The notes under the pieces were generated by a model. The model did not search any database, was not told the origin of the DNA, and saw only the letters and a program-made list of their open reading frames with translations. Below, one piece after another: positions 13,401 through 31,175 of a DNA stretch of 64,000 bases. Source of the stretch: Piromyces finnis finn (Eukaryota > Fungi > Neocallimastigomycota); the NCBI GenBank assembly GCA_002104945.1, contig MCFH01000077.1, positions 62,001 to 126,000 of the forward strand. The letters are read 5' to 3'. The number at the start of each line of letters is the position of its first letter. The stretch's first letter is position 1. Position numbers and translations under genes: made by a program.

Positions 13401-14211
13401 ATTCCAAGTCAAAAAAACTGATAAATTACCAACCTTGAAATTTGTTTATAAGAGAATCTGGGAAGAAACTTTCATAGCTACTGCTGAAGTTATTTTAAAA
13501 AGTAATGACAATGACTATGTTGAAGCTGAAAATGTTGTTTCTTTCACACAAGATGGTGGTATTCAAGAATTGAAAGTTGAAAAAGGTTTATCTTTTGATG
13601 TCAAATTAAGTGGTAACCCAACTACAGGTTTCTTTTGGTTTTTAGAAAATGCCAGAGACATTAAGGATGCTATTGAAGTATTAAATGACGTTAATGACAA
13701 TTACGTTCCAGATGAATCTAAACCAGGAATGGTTGGTGTTGGTGGTACCTTTATTTTCAAATTCCAAGTTAAAGAAACTGATGAATTACCAACTTTAAAG
13801 TTTGTTTACAAGGGTGTAAGACGCCAAGCAATAAGTACTGCTGAAGTCATTTTAAAGGATAATAGCAACATTGACGACGAAAATGTTGTTTCTTTCACAC
13901 AAAGGGGTGGTGTTCAAGAATTAAAAGTTAAAAAAGGTTTATCTTTTGATGTCAAATTAAGTGGTAACCCAACTACAGGTTTCTTTTGGTTTTTAGAAAA
14001 TGCCAGAGACATTAAGGATGCTATTGAAGTATTAAATGACGTTAATGACAATTACGTTCCAGATGAATCTAAACCAGGAATGGTTGGTGTTGGTGGTACC
14101 TTTATTTTCAAATTCCAAGTTAAAGAAACTGATGAATTACCAACTTTAAAGTTTGTTTACAAGGGTGTAAGACGCCAAGCAATAAGTACTGCTGAGCTTA
14201 ACCTTTTATAA
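10403..14211 (+). CDS. Secreted protein of ten tandem chagasin-family (I42) cysteine-peptidase inhibitor domains; join(10403..10456,10666..14211), 1199 aa
   Basis: Exon 1 encodes a signal peptide (MKLSTLIILLIIQLVSIV) followed by a GTAAGC donor at 10457; an AG acceptor at 10664-10665 rejoins in frame. NP(T/S)TG(Y/F)xW occurs ten times (10756, 11113, 11470, 11827, 12184, 12541, 12892, 13258, 13615, 13966), each followed by a GxGG loop and usually an RxW loop, the three chagasin signature loops. Confidence 0.9.
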
Positions 14212-14350
14212 TAAATTTATTCCATTAAAGATGAATTTAAAGTTTCCTTTTCAAACGATGATAAGGAAATTAAATGCTGTTGTCAAATCAGCTTAATAAA
14301 TTAAAATATTTATAATCAAAAAAAAAAATAAAATATAATAATAAGGATAA

Positions 14351-14472
14351 TTAATAATAATACATTAAAAAAAAAAAAAAAGCATATATCATATATACAT
14401 ACAAATACACATAAATAATAATAATACATTAAAAAAAAAAAGCGTATATCATATATACATACAAATACACAT
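14351..14472. repeat. About 60-bp tandem duplication downstream of the chagasin gene
   Basis: AGC(A/G)TATATCATATATACATACAAATACAC at 14381 and 14441. Confidence 0.8.
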
Positions 14473-16173
14473 ATAAATATACATAAATATATACATTGTA
14501 TAAAAAGAAATATATAATTATTAAAATAAATTAAAATATAACATCATTCCTTTATTATATTAATAAATAGTTTAATATAATAAAATGTAAATTAGTAGTC
14601 TATATTTATATAAAAAAAAATATCATATCATATATTTAAAAAAATAAAATAAATAAAAAATTAAAATATATAAAATAAAACTTTTTATAAAGTACTTTTT
14701 TTTTTTTATTTATTTATTCTAGTGTAAAACGAAAGGTGAAGGGGATTAGTTAATACTATTATTGTTATTGTTATAGATTTTTCTTTTTTTGTATCTTCAA
14801 AATGTTTTTCATTTTGGCCTTAAGCCTATTTTATAATTCATAAAGAAAAATGTCACTTTTCAAATAAAACAAAATAAAATTTTAGGAGTAAAAAATAATA
14901 ATAGTTAAAGTTGTTTTTTTGGTAGGATGCATAAAATGGTTTTAAATTAAAAATATTATGAATGAATAGAGAAGGAGGAAGAGTATCTGAATTTGATAAA
15001 TAAAAGGAAAAAATATTAAATGCTATTATTATTTCTATTTAACCTATTTGTGTATATATATATTACCTTTACTCCTGTAAAAAAAAAAAAAAAAATTCAA
15101 AGATTCTAATCAAATTAAATATATTTTCATTTATCTTTTTTCTTTTTCAGTTTGAAAAATAAGTATATATATATATTAAAAACTTAGGTTATCACCACTT
15201 TTAACTGAAATAGTGGTTATAAAATACTTAGCCTTTTCCTTATGATACTAAGATTAAGATTAAAATGAAAATAACACAATAATTGTTGGAATTAAATATT
15301 AAAAATGGAATATAATAATAAATAAACTTTAATGTTACTGTAACCAATTGTAACAAAAAAAAAAAAAAAAGCTGAAAAGTTGAACAAACTTTTCTTTTTT
15401 TTTTTACCATATTATTTTAGATTGATATTTTTATTAGTATTATATATATATAATAATATCTTTTATTTTAAATAAATAAATATCACACACTGACAATATA
15501 AAATAAAGGAATAAGACTAATTAAAAAAAAAAGAAAAAAAAGAGGACACATTATTTATCCATATAATTCTATATTTCTTATTCATATTTAATAATCTAAT
15601 CCTTAGTTAAAAGAAAATTATTTATTTATTTATTTATTAATATAATATAAATTGTATATTAAAAATTTATTATAAATTTTATTTAAAAAGAAGCTACTAA
15701 AAATTGTTTTGTATAAAAAAATAAAAACAATGAGATTTTAACAAAATATATAATTTAAAAAAAAAACAAAAACAAATTGTTAAATAATAAATTAAGAAGA
15801 AGAAGAATAAAAAAAATTAATTCATATCTCATTGTTAATAAATAAATAAAAGGTAATAATAATAGTATCTATATATTTATTTATTTAATATATAAGAAAG
15901 GAAAATATAAATAAAAATGTATTATAATGCCAGTGAAATTATCCATTTTATACACTAACTTTTTTTTTTAATATTTAAATATTGTTTTATATAAATATTA
16001 ATATTTTTTTTATACTTTACATTTGAATAATATATATTTCGCTCATTTATACACATACACATACATATATATATATCATATCATATCATATTTATTGAAA
16101 ATGTTTTCATAATTCATTATAAATGCCAATAAATTCAACTTATATCAAATTCAATTTTTTTTTTAAAAAAAGA

Positions 16174-22429
<6,256 letters not shown>

Positions 22430-22510
22430 AATTTATGAAAAAAAAGATAAATAAAAATAAATATACAAATATAATCAAATCAAATCCTTATTTAAATAAT
22501 CAACAATATA

Positions 22511-22543
<33 letters not shown>

Positions 22544-23257
22544 AAAAAAAAATAAAGGCACATAGAATAATACATATCTATAAACTTTTTATTAATAAGC
22601 ACAATAGTTGTATTATATATATTATAGATAGTATAATGTTTTTTTAAAAAAAAAAAATAAAAATAAAAATAAAAATAAAAATATATAAATTACATCTTAA
22701 TCCTCATATCATAAAAATTCTATAGTAGTAATCTATTTTTTGAAACGATACAATTAAAACTTTTAAAAATACCAAGAGATACACAACTTTTTTTTTTTTT
22801 TTTTTTTTTGAGTAATATATATATAGGAATAGGAGAATAATAAAAAAAATGCAATACTAAAAATATTTACCATTATCTTACATAATACTTTAATAAATAA
22901 AAAAAAAAAAAAACTTTTTATAAATTTTCATTTGAAATTCATTTCAAATTTCTTTTTCTTTTTTTTTTTTTCATAAAAATAAATAAATAAAAAAATAGTA
23001 TAAACTACCGTTGAATTAATATTTTTTTATTTTTTAATTTTTAGCTTTTTTTTTTTTATTTTTTCATAATTTAATATTTCTTTTTCTATGATTCAATTTA
23101 AAAAAAAAAAAAGGAAACTCTATTATTTTGTTATTTCGTTATTGGTTATTATTATATAACAATTTTTTTTTGGTTGGTTAGCATTCGTTATAGAATTAAT
23201 AAAAGTAGAAATAAATAGGATTGATTTTTTAAATCTTGATAAACGTTTTATTATTTA

Positions 23258-23764
23258 TTAATTATTATTGTTTCTGCAGTAATTATGAATTCTTTGAATA
23301 TCTTCATATCTTCTTCTTAATCCTATATTTTCTCTTCCTCTAATTAACATGTCATTAGATTTTCTGTAGTTTTCATAAAAATTACTATAGAATCTATTTC
23401 TTTGAATAGTTTTTTCTTCTTCATTAATTCCATCTTGGTTTACTTTTGGAGTTTTTTCCTGTATTTTTGTTTTTAATTGACTTGTTTTAGTTTTAATAGA
23501 ATTCATCAAATGGTTGGATGATGAAGGTGGTTGTTCTTTATTCTCTTCAATGGTATTATTATCATTAGTATTATTGGCTGTTGTTGTGGAAGGAGTAGCA
23601 ACATCAGAATTTAATTTATTAGCTTCTTTTAATTTTTCTTGTTCAAGCTTTTCATAATATTCAGCTTCAATTCTCTTGGTTGATGGTTTACTTTTATAAA
23701 TAAGATAACCACCAGCACCACCTAATAATCCTAATGAAATAATTTGTCCAATATTAAAAATCAT
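23258..23764 (-). CDS. Hypothetical 168-aa protein with an N-terminal membrane anchor
   Basis: Single ORF: hydrophobic, Gly-rich N-terminus (IGQIISLGLLGGAGGYLIY), then basic residues, a charged helix, a T/N-rich linker and a basic C-terminal helix. Composition is coding-like. Confidence 0.65.
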   Translation of the reverse strand: MIFNIGQIISLGLLGGAGGYLIYKSKPSTKRIEAEYYEKLEQEKLKEANKLNSDVATPSTTTANNTNDNNTIEENKEQPPSSSNHLMNSIKTKTSQLKTKIQEKTPKVNQDGINEEEKTIQRNRFYSNFYENYRKSNDMLIRGRENIGLRRRYEDIQRIHNYCRNNNN

Positions 23765-24120
23765 TGTATATGTATTATTTTATTTTATATAACAATAATA
23801 TTATTATTTTGTTTGTTTTGTTTGTTTGTTTTATTTATTTTCTATAAAAAAAAAAAAAAAAAAAGCAAAGTTTTATTATTTTTTTTGTAAAAGAGAGTGA
23901 GTTTTAAATTTTGAAAAATAAATAAAAAAAGAAAGAAATGACTTTTTTTTTTTTTAAAAAAAAATAATAACAAAATTTTTGTACCACCCTAAAACTTGAT
24001 TTATTAAAAAAACAAATTCTAAATACCAAAATTTATTTAGTTGATTATATATTCATTCATTTATTTATTTATTCATTTATATAGTTAATTATATATTTAT
24101 TTATTTAGTTAATTATATAT

Positions 24121-24199
<79 letters not shown>

Positions 24200-24404
24200 C
24201 TTTTACTTTTATGTCTATACATATATTATAATCTAATTTTCTATTTAATTACTTTATGATATAGATTAATTATTATATTCTCTTTTTTTTTTTCAATAAA
24301 TTAAAAGTTTCTTTTCTAAAAACTTTAAACCAGAAATTCAAAGGAATCAATTTTGTCTTTAGGCACTTTTACTTTGCATACAAAAAACTTAAAAAATATA
24401 GATA

Positions 24405-24413
24405 TGATTGGTC
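24405..24413 (-). promoter_or_regulatory. Candidate CCAAT box (GACCAATCA on the minus strand)
   Basis: Consensus match about 640 bp upstream of the 168-aa gene; motif match only. Confidence 0.3.
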
Positions 24414-26444
24414 GAAATTTTTAAAAAAGGATAATGAAACAAAAAAACTTTTTTTTTTTTTTTTATAATTATAATTATAATAATTAACAATTTAAATAAA
24501 AGAAATATAAAAAATAAAAAGCAAATTTTAAAGCAAGTGGTGGTATGGTATTATGGTGTTATTATAAGTATTTTTATTCTAATAAAGTTTTTATTAGGTT
24601 TTTTTTTTTTTATAATTTATTGGTGTGGGGTTGAAAAAAAGGAATATCAAAAAACTTATTTCTTTAGAATATAAAATATATATAATAGAATACGTTGTTT
24701 TTTAGACAATGAATTCATTTCTTTTCATTGATAATTGATGTTGGCAGTATTGTGGTTGTTTTTTTCTTTCTTTCCTTTTTTACGATAATATCTGTTGGTG
24801 GTGGTGGTGGTTGCTATTTTTTTTATCAATCTGTAAAAAAAATGCTTTTTAATTTTTATATGTAACACAATACAATTTAATATATTGAAGAATGAATTTA
24901 AATTTAAAAAAAAATTTCAATCCTTTTTTTTTTTTTTTTAATTTTTTGCTTGCTCTTTAAAAATTCTCTTTTTAACTTTCAATTAAACCTTTTTTTAAAA
25001 AAAAAAGTTTAGAGATAATAATAATAAACCCATCTTCCTTTTATTATTATTTATTTTGCTTTTGAAAAAACGTATAAACAAAAAAATATATTTTATTTAT
25101 TATTAATTATATAATAAAATAAACTAAAATAAAAAGCAAATAATTTCAATCCAATTATATTTAAAAAAAAGGAAAAATAATAGGAAAAAAAAAAATAAAT
25201 TAAAACCACAAATATAGATTATACACACAAAACAATATCAATAAAATATATTTTATTTCAATTTCAATTGAATAACACTTGTTTTCTATAAATAAATATA
25301 TAAAACTTTTCAATAGTGCTATTGAATTATTATAAAACAAGAAAATCATTTAAATTATTTAAAATTTCATATTCTTTAATTATTTATTAAATATTTTATT
25401 TCTTTAACAAAGGTAAAAAAAAGAAAACCTTTTTTTTTTTATTTGTTATACAAAGATTATTATTGGAAAATATATATATATATATATATATATATCAAAT
25501 TTCTTAAAATAATGAATATATAGAAATGGATTTTAGAAATTTAAATAAAATAAATATACATAGATAAAACGTAATATTATTTTTGCAGTAAAGAAAAATA
25601 TTTATAACCTTTTCAAAACTTTTTAAATAATTTGTTAATCAACCTAATAGTAAGAATGATATATGATATAGATTAATATGATATGGAATATTTAATAACA
25701 ACAAAAAATAAATATATACAAAGTAGAGGAATAACTTGAAAAAAAAAAAACTTTTATTTTCGAAAGAATAGCATCCCCCAAAAAAAAGACGAATAATAAA
25801 TATATTTTTACAAAAAAAAAAAAAAAAAAAAATCACTAAACAATAGTATACATAACATTTTATATAGGAATAATATAATTATTAATTTTGATAATATAAA
25901 AAAAAAAACAATATGTTTTAATCCATCATCGCAATTTATAATTTTATATTAATAAAAGATAATCAATATTAAAATAAACTTTATAGTGTGGTAAAGATAG
26001 CCTAAACTTTTAAAATGTTCGCCTTTAATTTAAACCAATTAATAAATTAAAATAATTTAAATACATTTATATATTTATATGTATTTTCCTATCCAATAAA
26101 ATTTCGACAAAGACACATTATTAAATTTAATTTAATAAATTTTATTATTAATAATATAATAAAATAAAAAAAAAGCTTTCAAAAAAATAATAGTAATAGT
26201 AAAAAAGAACACTTTTATCTGATAAAAATAATAAAGATTTAAAGCAATAAAAAGAAAAGAAAAAAAAAGGAATAGTTTATATATTTGAAAAAAAAAAGAA
26301 AATATTCCACTAATAAATATAAACAACTAAAGAAACGAAATATAAATAAAAATTTCATTTAAAAAAAAAAAAAAAAGTAGAATATAGATTATAAAATAAA
26401 AACAAAATCCAATTAATATAGATATTTATATATGAATATTTAAA

Positions 26445-28475
26445 ATGAAGTTAAAGACTCGTATTATTACTATTTTTTCCATCACTCTAACCATTTGTAT
26501 TTTATTTTATTTAAATAAAAAAAGTAATATAAAACTAAATTTAGACAATATGAGTTCTATCGACAAAAAAACTGAAAGCATTGTAGTCATTGGTTCTGGT
26601 TTAGCAGGTTTAACTGCTACCATTGAAGCATACCAAACTGCTAAGAAAATATACAAAGATGAAATTGAAAAGAATCACTCTTTCCCAAAAATTTATTTAA
26701 TTGAAAAGGAAAAGAGTATTGGAGGTAATTCAGCAAAGGCTACCTCTGGTATTAATGGCGCTTTAACTAAATATCAAAAGGAACTCGGAATTGAAGATTC
26801 ACTTGAACAATTTTCAAAAGATACTTTAGTTTCAGGAGGTAATCTTAATGTTCCATCCCTTGTTAATACTTTAGTACACGATAGTAAGGATGCTGTTGAA
26901 TGGTTATCTCAATTTAATTTAATTCTTTCTGCTATCTCTCAATGTGGTGGTCATGAAATTCCACGTACTCACCGTCAAGCTCCAAGAGCAGATGGTAAAC
27001 CATCCCCAGTTGGTTGGAATATCATTTCTGCTTTAAAGAATTACATTCAAAATGATTTAAAGGATAATGTTGAAATTTTATTTAATACTCGTGTTCAAAA
27101 CATTCTTACCAATGATGACGGTAGTAAGGTTATTGGTGTCCAATATGAAACTACTAATTTAGAAACAAAGGAAACCAAACAAGATACTTTAGCTGCTGAT
27201 GCTATTATTTTAGCATCTGGTGGTTATGCTCATGATTGGACTGACACTTCCTTACTTCGTCGTTTTGGTGAAAAATCACTTGAAAATGTTCCAACTACCA
27301 ATGGTCCATTCGCCACTGGTGATGGTGTTAAGATGGGTACTGCTATCGGTGCCGCTGTTGTTAACATGGACAAAGTTCAAGTTCACCCAACTGGTTTTAT
27401 TAAATTAGCTGATCCATTTAACCCAACTAAATTCTTAGCCCCAGAAGCTTTACGTGGTTATGGTGGTATCTTATTAAACTCTGAAGGTCAACGTTTCGTT
27501 AACGAATTAAGTACTCGTGATTTAGTTTCTGAAGCTATCTTTAAAAATTGTTCTAATGTCGTTATGAAACACTACGATGCTAAGCAAGAAAAAGAAATTG
27601 AAAAGAAAATTGTTCGTGCTTGGCTTATAATGAATGAAGAAGGTGCTAAAGCTTTCGATATTGGTAGTATCAATTTCTATGCTAAGGTCGGTAATATTCA
27701 TATCATTGATGGTGTTGAAAAGGTTGCCGAACTCACTAACATTCCAGTTGATACCTTAAAGGCTACCATCAAAAAGTATAATGAAGATGCTGATAAGGGT
27801 TTTGATGAATTTGGCAAAACTAAATTCCCATTCAAATTCGCAGATGATAACAAATTCTACGTTTCTGCCATTACTCCATCTATCCACTACACTATGGGTG
27901 GTTTAGCTGTTAACTCTGTTGGTGAAATTCTTAAGCCAAGAAACAAGGTTGAAGTTAGCGAATTATTAAATACCCCAACTACTGTTGATGATCAAGTTGA
28001 CTTAAAACCTGTTCTTGCTTTATATGGTGCTGGTGAAGTTACTGGTGGAGTTCACGGTAAAAACAGATTAGCTGGTAATTCATTATTAGAATGTGCCGTT
28101 TTCGGTCGTCAAGCTGGTCGTCGTGCTGCTGAATCTGTTCTCTACTATAATAAGAATAGTGAAAATGAAGAAAATATTGAAACTCAATCTGGTCTTTCCA
28201 AGACTGATTATACTAGTCTTACTTTCCGTGAATACCATGAATCTGATGATAAGGTATACCTTAATCTTAAGAGTACCTTCCAATACGTTAAGCCAAAGCA
28301 AGCTTTATTAATCCAAAATCCAGAAAACCAAACCACTCAACAAGTTATTTGTTCTAATTTAGAAGATGGTGGTGATTATGGTGTTATTAAGATTTCCATG
28401 AATCAATTCAAGGAAGATAATTTAGGATTAAAGAACTTAGCTCCAGGAGATGCCGTACAAGTTAAACTTGCTTAA
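26445..28475 (+). CDS. OSM1: FAD-dependent fumarate reductase (Osm1/Frd1 flavoprotein family) with an N-terminal hydrophobic leader and a C-terminal extension
   Basis: Intronless 676-aa ORF with GSGLAGL, GGNSAKATSGING, GGHxxxRTH, QVHPTG, LAPEALRG, HYTMGG and GGVHGKNRLAGNSLLECAVFG. Confidence 0.92.
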   Translation: MKLKTRIITIFSITLTICILFYLNKKSNIKLNLDNMSSIDKKTESIVVIGSGLAGLTATIEAYQTAKKIYKDEIEKNHSFPKIYLIEKEKSIGGNSAKATSGINGALTKYQKELGIEDSLEQFSKDTLVSGGNLNVPSLVNTLVHDSKDAVEWLSQFNLILSAISQCGGHEIPRTHRQAPRADGKPSPVGWNIISALKNYIQNDLKDNVEILFNTRVQNILTNDDGSKVIGVQYETTNLETKETKQDTLAADAIILASGGYAHDWTDTSLLRRFGEKSLENVPTTNGPFATGDGVKMGTAIGAAVVNMDKVQVHPTGFIKLADPFNPTKFLAPEALRGYGGILLNSEGQRFVNELSTRDLVSEAIFKNCSNVVMKHYDAKQEKEIEKKIVRAWLIMNEEGAKAFDIGSINFYAKVGNIHIIDGVEKVAELTNIPVDTLKATIKKYNEDADKGFDEFGKTKFPFKFADDNKFYVSAITPSIHYTMGGLAVNSVGEILKPRNKVEVSELLNTPTTVDDQVDLKPVLALYGAGEVTGGVHGKNRLAGNSLLECAVFGRQAGRRAAESVLYYNKNSENEENIETQSGLSKTDYTSLTFREYHESDDKVYLNLKSTFQYVKPKQALLIQNPENQTTQQVICSNLEDGGDYGVIKISMNQFKEDNLGLKNLAPGDAVQVKLA

Positions 28476-29289
28476 AAAAAAAAAAAAAAAAAAAAAAACA
28501 CCTTTTAATGAAAATAAAACATATTTTAAAATTCTAAAATAAAATAGAATTATTAATTCAGATAAAAAAAAAACAATAATTCACATTAAAAAAAAAATAC
28601 ACAATATTATTATATTCAACAAAAAAAAAAAAGAAAAAGAAAATAGTGCATATATTTATTACTATTTTTTTTTTTTTTTTTTTTTTAATATTATTAGTAT
28701 ATATTTATAACATCATTATCAATTAAACTGAGCACTTTATAAAATAAAAATAAAAAAAAATAAAAATAAAAAAAAAAAATTGAAATATGAGTTTTTTTTT
28801 AATGATATAAAAAGGGTTTTGTATTTTATTATTGTTGTTTTTTTTTTTTTTTTTTTAAGGCAAAAATATTTTGTCATAATCAAGAAAACAAGATTTAATG
28901 TTTTTATTTTAACAAAAAAAAAAAAAAAGTACTAACTATTCTTTATTAATATTGATTACTATTGTTATAAAGTATATTAATATACTAATTGCATTGAAAG
29001 TAAAGGATAATTCGATTACTATCTATTAATAATATATTATCATATCAAATATATTTAATTTTATAAATATGCATTCTAATATTGATGTTTATATTTCAAT
29101 TAAACTACAAGTTATTACATACATAATAAGAGGGAAAAAAATTTTTTTTTTTTTTTTATTAATAATTCATTTAATATATATCATTTTCAATACATATATT
29201 TATATAAAATCAACCGCATACTTTTTTTACATAATCAATTTGTCAACCTAATGTTACATTTATTGTAGCTGTTGGAAATAAATCCTATT

Positions 29290-30678
29290 TTTAGTATAAA
29301 TGTTACTGTATTTGTTGCCAAGTATCATGGCCCTCTCAAGCCGCCGGAGAAATGAGTGACACTATCATAGAAATAAATCAGAAATATTTCTTAATACTGC
29401 TAATAAATATTATAATATTTGGATAAGTATTAGGATTCAACCCCCATAATAAAACTCAAGTTGAAACGTCATTTTGATTAAATAAAGCTAAAACGATTAA
29501 TTGGATTTTTATGTTAAACTATTTTTTTTTATTAAGCTGTATCACCTTATTAAGAATATTTCATTATAAATTTAGTAAATTTTCTTAATATAATAATTTA
29601 TGTTAAAAATCCGATTCTCTAATTTTTGTACTTATAGCTTTTCTTTTCCTTTAAAATAATTTATTAAAACAGATATAGAATTATGATTTCTATTTTTTTT
29701 ATTTTTTATTATCCTTTTCTTTTTCCTTTCTTTTCATTTTTTGTATAGTAATTATAATTATAGATATCACATTTTTCTATACTTTGTAAAGTTTTAATCA
29801 TCAGCATAAATCAAAATTTTTAATAAAGTAATTTCTACAATAATATTTATATATTTATCAATTTCAATTTCATTTATTATATTTTTAATGCAACCTATAA
29901 TACATAATACTATCTTGATTATTCCTTATCCACAGTATTATATTCACTTTTACTAAAAATACCTAAAGTTTTACCAGCCGGATTCAAATGCATTTACATT
30001 AAAATAACTTTCTAAATCTTTGGCTGAAATGGTCTTAACATAGTTGTTATCATTATTAAAAGTTTCATACAGTTCTTCAAGATATTCTTCTAAATTAGAC
30101 AAGAACAATTTATCATCTTAAAAAAAAAAAACCAATTAAATATATATTGTAGATCTTTTTTTATTATCTGTATATATTCATCATCGATCAAGTATCTATA
30201 AGAATTTTCTCTGAGAAACATATCATAATTATCATTGATATTTTTATGGTAATCTAATTCATTTTCATCATTAATTATTTGTGTAATTTTCTTTTTTCCA
30301 TTTTTTCTAATTCATTACCAAACGTATAATAATTGTATAATTCAATTCAGTAGTCAATTTAAAACTTTTATTTATATAACTATTATATTTATTATTCTTT
30401 CCTACTGTAATTACTGTACTGTATACAGCATTGTAAAAACCATTGTTAATTAATATATCAATGACGATTCCGTTTATTGTATCATATAAAATTTCTTCAT
30501 TATTAATTTTGTATAAAATTTTTGTGATAGTCTCGAAAGTAGTGATATTACTATAAAAATTAAATATGATTTCATATATTAAATTATCTATAGACTCTGA
30601 TACCAAATTAAAGTTTTCATCGATGGCATTGGTATCAATTTTTGAATATTTATTTACATTTATTTCATAATTTTCCAC
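29290..30678 (-). pseudogene. Decayed coding sequence of unknown family
   Basis: The 123-aa ORF 30307..30678 is followed by further protein-like segments in shifting frames (ITQIINDENELDYHKNINDNYDMFLRENSYRYLIDDEY; DDKLFLSNLEEYLEELYETF; LLWGLNPNTYPN) broken by stops and frameshifts. Confidence 0.4.
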
Positions 30679-31003
30679 TAAAGTTTAAATATTATGATTA
30701 TTTTTTTTTTTTAATTTTTTTTATTTTTTTTTTATCCTTAAATATAAAAAAGTCTAATTTATTTTAAATAGTTAAAGATTCTTGGATAATAGTTTATACA
30801 AAATTATTTTCTATAGATTTAAAATAATATTATGGATAAATAAAAAAAAAAAAAAAGAATATATATATAAATATTATTTTTCTTAAAAAGTATATAATTA
30901 TTTAATTATTAGATACCCATAATTTCATAATAATGAAAATATAAATTCAAATATAATATATATAATATACATTAAAAATTAGAATTATCAATATTTATTA
31001 TCA

Positions 31004-31034
<31 letters not shown>

Positions 31035-31175
31035 GAAAAAGCAATAAAGATTTAAAACAATATATCTTTTTTAATAATTATTAATTTTGACACTATAATA
31101 AAAAAAAAAAAAAAAAAAAAGAGAAAAAGAAGAGTAGGAAAGAAAGAAAGAAAAAGAAAAAAAGAAAAAAAAAAA

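Noticed and set aside
15188-15222. Imperfect inverted repeat TTATCACCACT...AGTGGTTATAA
   Set aside because: An 11-bp stem with a mismatch is expected by chance in this composition, and it has no associated feature.
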